Position numbers and translations under genes: made by a program. From positions 104,333 through 168,332 of the forward strand of contig CAYFHS010000004.1 of NCBI GenBank assembly GCA_964342815.1: a stretch of DNA of 64,000 nt, written 5' to 3'. Origin of the DNA: an uncultured archaeon (GTDB lineage Archaea > Thermoplasmatota > Penumbrarchaeia > JASLWR01). The notes beneath the pieces were generated by a model. That model was not told the origin of the DNA and ran no database searches. It was given only the letters and a program-made list of their open reading frames with translations. Below, one piece after another: positions 54,721 to 64,000 of the stretch (positions are counted from its first letter, which is position 1; each line of letters opens with the position of its first letter).

Positions 54721-56796
54721 TTAACTGAAAAGCCCCCTCATCTGATTACCCGTTATCCGTGTCACCTGGACCAGTCTTCCAGTGTTTATGTCAACGCTGA
54801 CGATGAACGTGTCTCCCGTCTCGTAGACCGAGGCTCGCTGGAACGTCCAGGTATATTTGGTATAGGGCATATTGAGTCCAGTGAGAGCCTGAACTATCTC
54901 GGTTCCCGGAGCTGACTCCCCGGTTGCTCCCTCTCCCAGAAGAATCGAGAGATCCTTTACTATAAGATTACCATCGCTGTCGAAGAGCTGCTCGTTTGCA
55001 TCCGGATCGGTCTTTATGATGTCTACCGCCCCGGATAGAGTGCAACCCTTGGAATCCAACTCGCTTCTCCGGTTCTTGGCGAATCCCCCGGTTTTTCCGT
55101 CTTCCCTTTCGATCTCCTGTTCGTGTTCGTACTTGACCAGGGGTGTTAGGGGATCTTTATTCCTACTGACGTTTTTGGCGACCCTTAAATTATATTGTTT
55201 TTGAGGCCTTTTATCATATTTTTCTTCGTAGTCCCGGGCATCCTGAATGTTCATATGGTCCTGTATACTTAGATTCCAAAGATGCATTCCGACCTTATCG
55301 TTACTACCGGTTGGGTCCTGAAGTGTTGCATTATACTTGGCTCTCCCTACGTAGGAATTTGGGTATTGCTTGAGGAAGTTCTTCAAACCGGGACTGTTCT
55401 CCCTTGCGAACTCGAGAGCGTCCTCGGGAGCCATCTGGACGGTCAGGTCCTGTGTCATGGGATCATCATCGAAAAGATGGCCCCCATTGGGTATTTTATC
55501 CCAGTTTTCGTATTCTCCGGTACCGTGGGTCGAGGGGTATTCGGCGGTCTCGTCGTCCTTCCAGGGTTTTTCAGTTTCACCGATATTGTAATCGAGAAGC
55601 ATCCTTCTCTCTTCGAATATCATCCAGAATATCCCCTCCTCGTCCTCGTATGTGGTGTTCGTTCTGAATATCTCCTTTACAATATGGTGATGGTCATTGG
55701 ATATCCAGGCCTGCCGGTTGAAGTCAAAGTTGTAGTAAAAATTGGAGCTGATATTGATCTTTAGCGTGTCCACATCATTTCCGTTCACCTTGAATGTTTC
55801 CTTCTTTTCAGCGGTCCAGTTGTACTCGCCGGATGAAAGGTCAGAAGATCCCTCATACCATATGCTGCCTGAATCTCCCTCTTGTATCTTCGTATCATAA
55901 TAGATCTGCTGGGATATGGTCGGCATCTGTTCCTCGGAAGGCTCCGGGTAGTATCTTATGATCCCATCGTATTTCACCTTCCCAGCTATGGTGGCCTTTG
56001 GAAGTTGATCCACTTCCATCTCGCCTTCGTTTTCGGATTTGATGGTCTTTCGGTCCTGGAACTCGGTATATTCTCTGGTATCCGCTTTGAATTTGCCGCC
56101 AACCGTAACCTCCCCGGTCTCAGTGGAGTCAAGGGTTATATCGAACTCACCGTTCATTAAATATCGGTTCAACACGCACGAATGCTTATCGCCGTATCCG
56201 CTCTCGATATCATAGGGACCGGTCACTATATCTTCCCAGGTCCCGTCGCTGTCCAGAATGTACTTGGAATAGTTTCCCGTGGTATAGTTCTCATAGTAAA
56301 GCTCCGCGTAGAGATCGAAATCATATTCGAAAATATCACCGATCATCTCGGGAGGAAGATGTACTGAGAATTTCTCGTATGATTTTATTTCCAGTTTCAC
56401 GCTATTTCCTGTGATATCCTCGATCTTCAGCGTAATGTAATAATCGCCTTTCAAGTAAACCTTCTCCAAAATTCCCTTTCTCAACAATACCTCTGTTGGA
56501 TCGGACTCGATCTTTAAGAGCACTGTGTCACCGTCGATGTCTAGAAGCGTTATCTTGTGAGTATCGTTCTCGATCTCGATGGTCTTTTTTTCATTCAATT
56601 CAATTTCTATGGTGAATAATTCTTTCCGGTCCGGGTCCCCATCGTCATCATCGTCGTCGTCCGAATCGTCATCGTCGTCATTTTCGATCTCTGTGTCATC
56701 ATCTATCTCACCGGGAGCCCACTTGTTGAATGCTCCGAAATAAGCATTGGCCAGCAAGGCGATCAGGCAAACCAGGATGATAAAAAGTTTGTTCAT
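54721..56796 (-). CDS. Secreted or anchored hypothetical protein with an acidic linker
   Basis: N-terminal hydrophobic segment, poly-Asp, beta-rich body; 691 aa uninterrupted. Confidence 0.8.
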   Translation of the reverse strand: MNKLFIILVCLIALLANAYFGAFNKWAPGEIDDDTEIENDDDDDSDDDDDDDGDPDRKELFTIEIELNEKKTIEIENDTHKITLLDIDGDTVLLKIESDPTEVLLRKGILEKVYLKGDYYITLKIEDITGNSVKLEIKSYEKFSVHLPPEMIGDIFEYDFDLYAELYYENYTTGNYSKYILDSDGTWEDIVTGPYDIESGYGDKHSCVLNRYLMNGEFDITLDSTETGEVTVGGKFKADTREYTEFQDRKTIKSENEGEMEVDQLPKATIAGKVKYDGIIRYYPEPSEEQMPTISQQIYYDTKIQEGDSGSIWYEGSSDLSSGEYNWTAEKKETFKVNGNDVDTLKINISSNFYYNFDFNRQAWISNDHHHIVKEIFRTNTTYEDEEGIFWMIFEERRMLLDYNIGETEKPWKDDETAEYPSTHGTGEYENWDKIPNGGHLFDDDPMTQDLTVQMAPEDALEFARENSPGLKNFLKQYPNSYVGRAKYNATLQDPTGSNDKVGMHLWNLSIQDHMNIQDARDYEEKYDKRPQKQYNLRVAKNVSRNKDPLTPLVKYEHEQEIEREDGKTGGFAKNRRSELDSKGCTLSGAVDIIKTDPDANEQLFDSDGNLIVKDLSILLGEGATGESAPGTEIVQALTGLNMPYTKYTWTFQRASVYETGDTFIVSVDINTGRLVQVTRITGNQMRGLFS

Positions 56797-57135
56797 GGAT
56801 TCACCGTATTGATTGACAATATTTCCATATTGATGATCTATATTCCCCCTATGTTAACGATTGTATAATTTATGGGGATTTGAAAGTGTATCACTAATGA
56901 TAATAATCTTATTTAGGTTTTAGTATCATATGTTGGGCTGGTACCACAAGGGCTGCATGCGAGATTGCATAATGAAGATTTGCTTTAAGGTGTGTCATGT
57001 TTATCATATTCAGATTTATTCCAAATTGTTTTTCCCTATTTGCTCTGTGAAAATTTACATAAGACGACTGCCTCATCCCAATAAAAATTTATATTATTTG
57101 TAGTTTAACGTTATGCTAATAACAGGTGGTTGATA

Positions 57136-60100
57136 ATGAACATTTCAAGAAGAAAAATTGTACTATCTCACACTACCTTCTATCAAATAAGACCATACCT
57201 TTTGATAATGTTATTCATTGTTCCCTCTCTGTTTTCGATGGTATCGATCTGGGATGCCCCCATGCAAAATACGAATGCAGTTTCATCCTACGGGGCTGCA
57301 GCTCTGTCTCGTACCAATGAAAATGACCGAATGGATCCAATTCAAAATATAGTGATAAACGAGATAATGGCGGATCCGGACTTCGATTTCAACGGTGACG
57401 GTATCACCGATTATTATGATGAATATATTGAACTGTATAATCCCACGAATGGACCGATTTCTCTTGAAAACTACACTTTGGACGATATAGAAAATGGAGG
57501 TTCCTCTCCATATATAATAACCGGATCGAACATGGCCCCCTTCTCCCATATTCTCTTTTTCCGAAATGAAACGAAGATAGCCCTCAACAACAACGGAGAA
57601 GAGCGGGTAAGGCTGCTCAATTCCGACGGTAATGATTTGGACAACTTTACGTTCTTCGAAACCGAGAGCGACCGGTCCTGGGGGAGGCGGGGCGACGGAG
57701 ACCCCTACTGGACCATGCCGAGAGAGAACACGCCAGGAAGCTCGAATCCATCCATTCCGAGGGTGCTAATAAACGAGTTCCTAATAAAACCGCAGGAGGG
57801 CAATATCGATGAATGGGTGGAGCTGTACAATGCGGACCACCGGGAAGTGAACTTGACTGGATGGACCCTGGGAGATATCGATGGAAACGAATTCATTTTC
57901 ACGGAATTCAAACTTCCGCCGGATGATTACGTATGCGTGAACATAGGCGCTCCAAGCGGCACTCGTTTGGGGGAACATGAGAGCGGGATTCAGTTCTACA
58001 TGGACAATCCAAACCAGGTATTGACTGATTCCGGGGATGACATTCTTTTGTGTGATGACGTTGGTTTGGCCGTCGATTATATTAATTACGGAAACGGCAG
58101 CAGTATAGACGGTTGCCCTGAAGAACTGGAATTCGAAATAGCGCCGTTGACAGCGGAAAAGGGGAAAAGTCTGGCTCTCATTCCGAATGGACAAATAACT
58201 GATTCGGGTTCATGGTTTCAACTTATTAACGTTACGAACATCACAAAGGGATGGAATAATTCACTTCCACAAGCTCTTGAGCTACCTACTAATATCGGGG
58301 TGAATATCGAGGGCGATGGGACGATGGTCGATATCCCGATACACAATCCCTGCGCAGCTCTATCCGCGTGGGAAATATCGGTAAACATCAGCCGGGATGG
58401 TTTCTCGGTTTCCATTCCAGAACCACTTTCGATAGAGGCTGGGGAAGAAAAGGCGTTTGCCCTGGAAATCTCTGTTGAGGAAGGTCTTCTCCTCGGTACC
58501 TCGGCAATATTTGCCGTTAATTTCACCTCCGAATTGGTGCCCGCTGTTCAATACCGGCTCGATATACATGCTGTGGTTTCGGGAGAAGTGCTCATCAATG
58601 AGATAATGATAGATCCACCGGGGGCGGACTCTTCAGCTGATGAATGGATCGAGCTAATAAACAGAGATGCACATGGGGTCAATATGAGTGGATGGATGTT
58701 GTTCGCCAAAACCGAAGATATATCGGATGTTTTCGGGGCAGAGCCCGAGTTCACTTTTCCCGAACTGGTGCTTATGCCCGAAGAGATCGTGCTTGTTCAT
58801 AGTATCAATGAGATCGACGAGCAAAACTTCTCTCCGCTTGCACATCATCTTTACGCAAACAACACAAACATATGGGCCAACACCAGAGGAAGTGCCGCAC
58901 TGGTGTCACCCGCCCGTACTGGTATTGATTTCATCAGGTGGGGTGATACGGGGGATGCGCCGGTGATGCCGGATCATTTTGAGGGCAGCTGCCCGGGACC
59001 GAAAAGTGGAGAAAGCATTTCGCGGCTTTGGGACAAGGAAGACGACGATAACGCTTCTGATTTTTACATCCCACAAAAGTCCAATATCACACCGGGCCTG
59101 GAAAACGATCAGGTCCATACGTTCCGTTTGGAGGGTTTACCCAACCTTAATGTTGTTGAGTCGGGGGTTACGGGTAATTATCAGATTAGGCTAATAAATT
59201 CTGGAAACATCCCAACGCACTTTCAGATAAATTCCACATGGAATCATCTGGAAACCGATGGAAATGAGATGAACGGTCAAAACAGGCGCTGGGAAGTGAT
59301 CTGTCAGAATTCTTCGATAATGATGGCGCCTGGTGAAAATAAACCCATTAATATAACCATTACTCCGCCGGAAACGGTTGAAACACTTGCCGAATCGGGT
59401 GTAGCCGTTATAATCGCGGTATATCCGGTTGAAGATTCCTGGCGGAAAACGGAGATCAGGTCCACGTTCCAGATGCCGGTGGTGGATCTCGAACTAACGG
59501 ACATACGCCTCGAAGGCGAAGGGTCCGGCTTGGAAATCATGGAGCAGGGGGAAATAGTAAAACTGAGAGCCAAACTGGTAAACAGAGGGCCGGTGAACTC
59601 GTCCGGTGTGAATGTCAGTTTGTATGTGGATTCAATCCAAGAAACAAATCTAGTGGGAAGGAAAAATTATCAATCCATCCCCGGAATAATTTACAGCTCA
59701 TCCAGAAACCCTTCTTTTACCATCGATACGCTGCTTTTCCCTGGTAATCACTCATTTCTGTTGATCCTTGAACATGAAAACGTTGAGGCTGAAATGAACC
59801 TTAATAACGACAAGCTCAATCTGACGCTGAACGTCACTCCCGTGAAGATTACCGAAGCGGAGCGGTCCATGTTGATAAGTGAATTTTATTATTATTCGTA
59901 TATTGATGAGCAACTGGATGAATACGTAAAAGTTTATAATCAGGGGAACCAGACCGTGGATATTTCCGGATGGCAGCTCACACATGATGCGGCTTCTGAG
60001 CTCGATGAAGGGATCTTTTTTCCACCCGGCTCTATCGTGGCTCCCAATAAACATCTGGTAATTGCACACAGCGCTGAAGAGCTTTGGAAAAGCACCGGAA

Positions 60101-63100
60101 TAAATGCTGACCTGGACGCTATCGACGGCGGCGGGTGTCCCGATATGGAGGCCGGGAAATCATCATGGTTCAATTTTAATGATTATTCGGGCCAGCTTGT
60201 TCTTAGAACCGGGCAGAGGCTCGTGGTGGATAATGTGGTATACGGTAGAGAAGAACTCTCGAAATACGGTTGGAACGGCATGGGAGTCCCGAGGTGTGCC
60301 AGAGCTTATGTTTGCCGGAGGAATTCTTTTGGTGGAATAATGTCGGATACGAATACTTCAGAGGATTTCAATTCTCTTAAAGCATACCCTCTTGGAGCGA
60401 GCTCCCACTTGCCCTTCGATTTGTCCGCGGAGGATATCGAATCAGTTTATTTCCTTCCCGAGCAAGGAGAATTCTTGTCCCATTTGATAGAGAATGCCAA
60501 AGACGAGATACTGCTAATGAGCGAAAAACTGGAAAGCAATCTTACATCCCGCATTATTTTAGACGCCGCGCGCAGGGATGTGGACGTTCAATTATTATTG
60601 GAGGGGAAACCCTTTGGCGGTATTTCCGACCGACAGAGATACTATACCGGGTTGCTGCATGAAGCTGGAGCGGGAATATACTATATGGACGAGGAATTGA
60701 AGGAAGGAAAGTTCAACCGATATGCGGATATTGGTGCGGCCTATATAGTCGTTGATGGGAAAACGGCGCTTCTTCAAACGGCTCCCTTCGATTCCACAGG
60801 TGCATCTGGCAAGGGAATGAGCGGAATGAAAGGAATGGGATTGATCATTGGCGCGAATGGCGCGGCAGTACTAAAAGAAACATTTTTTGGGGATATGAAT
60901 CTTTCGAAGCGCGATATCACCGCATATGATCACAATCATTCCAGCTTTGGTGGACTCGACGAGGATTATTTATACAAACCCGGGGAAAAGGAAGGGAGTA
61001 CCTACTATAACGTTCCAATATTGCTTTCAGGGTCCGTTTCAGGGGCAACCATGGGGCTGTATCCGGACATTTCCCGGGTATTGAACGCCCCTCGCAAATA
61101 CAATAAGGATATTGTTGAGAAGGCAATTGCCGGAGCGGAGGAATACATAATACTGGTGACTGAAAACATTCAACCAATGGCAGGGGTGGGCCATCCTGGT
61201 ATGGAGAATTTGATCCTGCCGCACGTGGAAGCTCTTCTGGAAGCCGCATCGAGAGGTATCCGGGTCCGGATTCTTCTGGACATCCACGATACGGAAATGC
61301 TCTTTTCAGCTCTGGAAACCGACGTGAACATTAGCGGAGCCAGGGCCGTGGCGAGATGGTTTGCCGCAGAAGCGGAAAGAAGGAATCTTCGTGGTATCGA
61401 GCTAAGATACGATTACCTGGATGGGACTATGGGGATACGCGGTACCATGATGCTGACCGATAATGCAACGCTTACTCTATCTTCGGCTTCCATGGATTAC
61501 GAGAGCATTTATCTAAATAGAGAATGGGCCGTTACGATGGAAGGAAATAACTGGGGTGAAACGTACGATCTGTTCAATTTCTGGTGGGATCGTTCGATAC
61601 CAATGGAACGGAAGAGCGTGGAATTACCGCACAATGTTAATGAAAATCTGCTTATCACCGAGGTCTATTACAATTCTCTGGTATCATACAAACCGGACCA
61701 GTATGTGAAAATTACGAATCAAGGTTCGAATCAGATCGACATTAGCTGGTGGCGAATTTCAGACAAGCAGGGTTCGGCAAATGCCAACGAAGGGGCCGTG
61801 ATATTCCCGGCAGGGACGATTATTGGTCCCGGTGAAACAATTGTGGTGGCCCGGAAGGCGGAGGCTTACGAGATTTTAATGAACTCAATCCCGGATTTTG
61901 AATACGAAACGGATACCAGCCAAAAAGTGCCGAACTTGCTAGCCATAAAGAATATTCCTGTCTTCGTTCCGCTCTGGGACGAGATATTCCTAATTAGCAG
62001 CAGCGGTCAGCTGGTGGATGCGGTTGTCTACGGCAAATCCGCTTTCTCAGCTGCGGGTTGGGAAGGAACTCCGGCACCGGTGGTGTCAAAGGGCGATTTG
62101 CTTATGCGCAAGAAGGATGCGCTAACTGGGGCTTTCCTGGATACAAACAGCTCCCGGGATTTTACCCACCTTCGACCTTTCCGACCCGGCCAGTCGTCTT
62201 TCACTTCCCGCGATTTCGAGATCGAAGGCAATGTCACCACCTACGTATCTCCCGACAGCGCCTACACTGTCCTGATGGACACGCTGTCCACTGCAAAACG
62301 CACCCTGTTCATCAATGTATACCAATTTCACAATCCCTATCTACTCGATCGAATCGTCAATCTCTCGAAGGACGGCGTGGACGTAAAGGTACTTCTGGAA
62401 GGAGGTCCCGTGGGAGGGGTGACGGATTACCAGAAGTACGTGAGCATGAAACTAAACGAATCCGGTGCCCATGTTCGCTACCTGATATCCAACAGGGCGG
62501 AGGGGCTAGGAGCGCGCTACGACTACGACCATGCCAAATACTTTGTAATAGATAACAAAACCCTTTTGCTGCAGTCGGAGAATTTCGTGACAACCGGGGT
62601 GCCGGTGAACTCGACATACGGGAACAGGGGATGGGGTGTGGTTGTTGAGGATGCTCCGCTGGCAAGGTATTTCTCGGAAGTCTTCCTGCACGATTTCAAC
62701 CCTCTTATGAGGGATACTCTGCGATACGAGGAAAATCATACAAGCTACGGAAAGCCTCCAGAGGACCTGGATATGAGCTATCACATCCGTAAGGGCAACT
62801 ACATGTCGAGATTCGGCTCGGTCAAGGTGAACAATGACGTTAAAATCACTCCCGTGCTCTCTCCCGATACGTCCAGTTCGTCCGAGAATTCCATAATATC
62901 CATGATCGATGATGCCCGATCCTACGTGAAGATAGAACAGCTGGATTGCGATATCGCTTGGAAGACCGGTAAGAAGAGATTCAACTGGAGCAACCCGGAG
63001 AGCTATTACCTTGAGTTTCCCGGTGACGAAGTCAGGTACAATCTATACCTCAAGGCGGCCATCGATGCCGCCAGGCGGGGGGTGAACGTCAAGATTCTTC

Positions 63101-64000
63101 TTGACAGCGCTTTCGTATGGGACTGGGCGAAGCGGGAGGACAACTCGGATACGGTTTTCTACATTAACCGTATTGCCGAGCTGGAGAACCTAGAAATGGA
63201 AGCCTGCTTGGTTTCCCTGAGGGGATCCAGCGGAAGGGCGAGTCTCGAGAAGGTTCATACCAAGGGAGTGATAGTTGACGGTGAAAAGGTGCTGGTATCG
63301 TCGATAAACTGGGGTGCCAGCTCCGTATTGAAGAATCGGGAGGCAGGTCTGATTATCCGTAACAGGGAGATCGCGGGATATTATGAGCGTGTTTTCGATT
63401 TTGATTGGAACCTGTCTGTTTTCAATTATATTCATCCCTACGTCATATATTCCGGCAACCGAACACTGGTGCCCGGCGGGTCCACCCAGGTGCGGGTAGC
63501 GCTCACGTATCTTAACACCACGAGACCGGTTACGGTTCGTTTCAACTGCACAGGACGGGGACCAATGACCGTGAAATTGAGTTCAAAAGAAATGAGAATA
63601 TACCCAAGGGAAAGCCGGGAATTGGATCTGTTATTTCAGGCATACGAAGATGCGGAGCCGGGAACAAGTTGCCACGTTAAAGTCACCATCGAGATTCTCA
63701 ACAAAACCCAGGACTTCCTTTTCTTTGACGTGAACATTACCAGCAGAGAAGATGAGAAAAGGGTTAGGGGGGAGGACTCGTTTTTCGATTCGGTCAAGAA
63801 TATAATCACAATAGTTTTGGTGGCTTTTGTTATCCTGCTGGTTGCCGTGGGAAGGGATTTTATTATTCGCTGGCAGGATAATAGACAGCGGCACGGGAAG
63901 GTGGACGTGGAAATAGAGGTGACGGAGGAAACGGAGATCGAGGAAGAGGACCTGGGGGGTGACACCGAGGTTGAAATGGAGAACAATGAAGTGAATGGAA
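57136..64000 (+). CDS. Giant lamin-tail-domain / CARDB / phospholipase-D protein (>2288 aa), partial, runs off the right edge
   Basis: ATG at 57136 after AGGTGGT. About five LTD starts (IVINEIMADP, VLINEFLIKP, VLINEIMIDP, MLISEFYY, LLITEVYYN). Intact HAKYFVID (62530) and HTKGVIVD (63256) motifs. TM near 63800. The same frame is read at both ends, and the track lists no ORF in this frame, consistent with no stop codon. Confidence 0.88.
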   Translation, partial: MNISRRKIVLSHTTFYQIRPYLLIMLFIVPSLFSMVSIWDAPMQNTNAVSSYGAAALSRTNENDRMDPIQNIVINEIMADPDFDFNGDGITDYYDEYIELYNPTNGPISLENYTLDDIENGGSSPYIITGSNMAPFSHILFFRNETKIALNNNGEERVRLLNSDGNDLDNFTFFETESDRSWGRRGDGDPYWTMPRENTPGSSNPSIPRVLINEFLIKPQEGNIDEWVELYNADHREVNLTGWTLGDIDGNEFIFTEFKLPPDDYVCVNIGAPSGTRLGEHESGIQFYMDNPNQVLTDSGDDILLCDDVGLAVDYINYGNGSSIDGCPEELEFEIAPLTAEKGKSLALIPNGQITDSGSWFQLINVTNITKGWNNSLPQALELPTNIGVNIEGDGTMVDIPIHNPCAALSAWEISVNISRDGFSVSIPEPLSIEAGEEKAFALEISVEEGLLLGTSAIFAVNFTSELVPAVQYRLDIHAVVSGEVLINEIMIDPPGADSSADEWIELINRDAHGVNMSGWMLFAKTEDISDVFGAEPEFTFPELVLMPEEIVLVHSINEIDEQNFSPLAHHLYANNTNIWANTRGSAALVSPARTGIDFIRWGDTGDAPVMPDHFEGSCPGPKSGESISRLWDKEDDDNASDFYIPQKSNITPGLENDQVHTFRLEGLPNLNVVESGVTGNYQIRLINSGNIPTHFQINSTWNHLETDGNEMNGQNRRWEVICQNSSIMMAPGENKPINITITPPETVETLAESGVAVIIAVYPVEDSWRKTEIRSTFQMPVVDLELTDIRLEGEGSGLEIMEQGEIVKLRAKLVNRGPVNSSGVNVSLYVDSIQETNLVGRKNYQSIPGIIYSSSRNPSFTIDTLLFPGNHSFLLILEHENVEAEMNLNNDKLNLTLNVTPVKITEAERSMLISEFYYYSYIDEQLDEYVKVYNQGNQTVDISGWQLTHDAASELDEGIFFPPGSIVAPNKHLVIAHSAEELWKSTGINADLDAIDGGGCPDMEAGKSSWFNFNDYSGQLVLRTGQRLVVDNVVYGREELSKYGWNGMGVPRCARAYVCRRNSFGGIMSDTNTSEDFNSLKAYPLGASSHLPFDLSAEDIESVYFLPEQGEFLSHLIENAKDEILLMSEKLESNLTSRIILDAARRDVDVQLLLEGKPFGGISDRQRYYTGLLHEAGAGIYYMDEELKEGKFNRYADIGAAYIVVDGKTALLQTAPFDSTGASGKGMSGMKGMGLIIGANGAAVLKETFFGDMNLSKRDITAYDHNHSSFGGLDEDYLYKPGEKEGSTYYNVPILLSGSVSGATMGLYPDISRVLNAPRKYNKDIVEKAIAGAEEYIILVTENIQPMAGVGHPGMENLILPHVEALLEAASRGIRVRILLDIHDTEMLFSALETDVNISGARAVARWFAAEAERRNLRGIELRYDYLDGTMGIRGTMMLTDNATLTLSSASMDYESIYLNREWAVTMEGNNWGETYDLFNFWWDRSIPMERKSVELPHNVNENLLITEVYYNSLVSYKPDQYVKITNQGSNQIDISWWRISDKQGSANANEGAVIFPAGTIIGPGETIVVARKAEAYEILMNSIPDFEYETDTSQKVPNLLAIKNIPVFVPLWDEIFLISSSGQLVDAVVYGKSAFSAAGWEGTPAPVVSKGDLLMRKKDALTGAFLDTNSSRDFTHLRPFRPGQSSFTSRDFEIEGNVTTYVSPDSAYTVLMDTLSTAKRTLFINVYQFHNPYLLDRIVNLSKDGVDVKVLLEGGPVGGVTDYQKYVSMKLNESGAHVRYLISNRAEGLGARYDYDHAKYFVIDNKTLLLQSENFVTTGVPVNSTYGNRGWGVVVEDAPLARYFSEVFLHDFNPLMRDTLRYEENHTSYGKPPEDLDMSYHIRKGNYMSRFGSVKVNNDVKITPVLSPDTSSSSENSIISMIDDARSYVKIEQLDCDIAWKTGKKRFNWSNPESYYLEFPGDEVRYNLYLKAAIDAARRGVNVKILLDSAFVWDWAKREDNSDTVFYINRIAELENLEMEACLVSLRGSSGRASLEKVHTKGVIVDGEKVLVSSINWGASSVLKNREAGLIIRNREIAGYYERVFDFDWNLSVFNYIHPYVIYSGNRTLVPGGSTQVRVALTYLNTTRPVTVRFNCTGRGPMTVKLSSKEMRIYPRESRELDLLFQAYEDAEPGTSCHVKVTIEILNKTQDFLFFDVNITSREDEKRVRGEDSFFDSVKNIITIVLVAFVILLVAVGRDFIIRWQDNRQRHGKVDVEIEVTEETEIEEEDLGGDTEVEMENNEVNG

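Noticed and set aside
57758-57770. CCGAGGGTG match to the shared hairpin module
   Set aside because: It lies in coding sequence (IPRVL) with no flanking stems; a chance match.

Overview
64 kb of archaeal DNA, most consistent with an anaerobic Thermoplasmatota lineage. This is inferred from GGTGA/GGAGG ribosome-binding sites, a C/D-box sRNA, a PGF-CTERM tail, an archaeal UbiA/DGGGP synthase-like gene, archaeal-type uppS/pyrG, and grpE-dnaJ. Left to right: (i) an hdrC-hdrB-[hdrA'::nuoE]-nuoF-[nuoG-like, partial] operon; (ii) M18 aminopeptidase, an unannotated C/D-box guide RNA complementary to the tRNA-Leu(CAA) anticodon loop, an orphan ParB, a PP-loop-less ThiI-like protein and grpE-dnaJ without dnaK; (iii) membrane and surface proteins, an ArcE/cDPGS-like ATPase, a bacterial-type PlsC acyltransferase, uppS and pyrG; (iv) a 6-kb island with five toxin-antitoxin pairs; (v) Wzm/Wzt, truncated LarC, UbiA, PIG-L and several very large surface proteins, including a 2546-aa beta-helix/Ig protein with a cytoplasmic J-domain; (vi) a phosphopantetheinyl transferase, two paralogous wHTH genes and a >2288-aa lamin-tail/PLD protein missing from the ORF track. 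The most unusual signal is a set of short, modular, strongly self-complementary repeat elements in three families. They share hairpin modules with compensatory changes, and one copy sits in frame inside relE. No transposase, integrase, CRISPR array, tRNA or rRNA was found. All protein calls are from motif recognition by eye, with no database searches.
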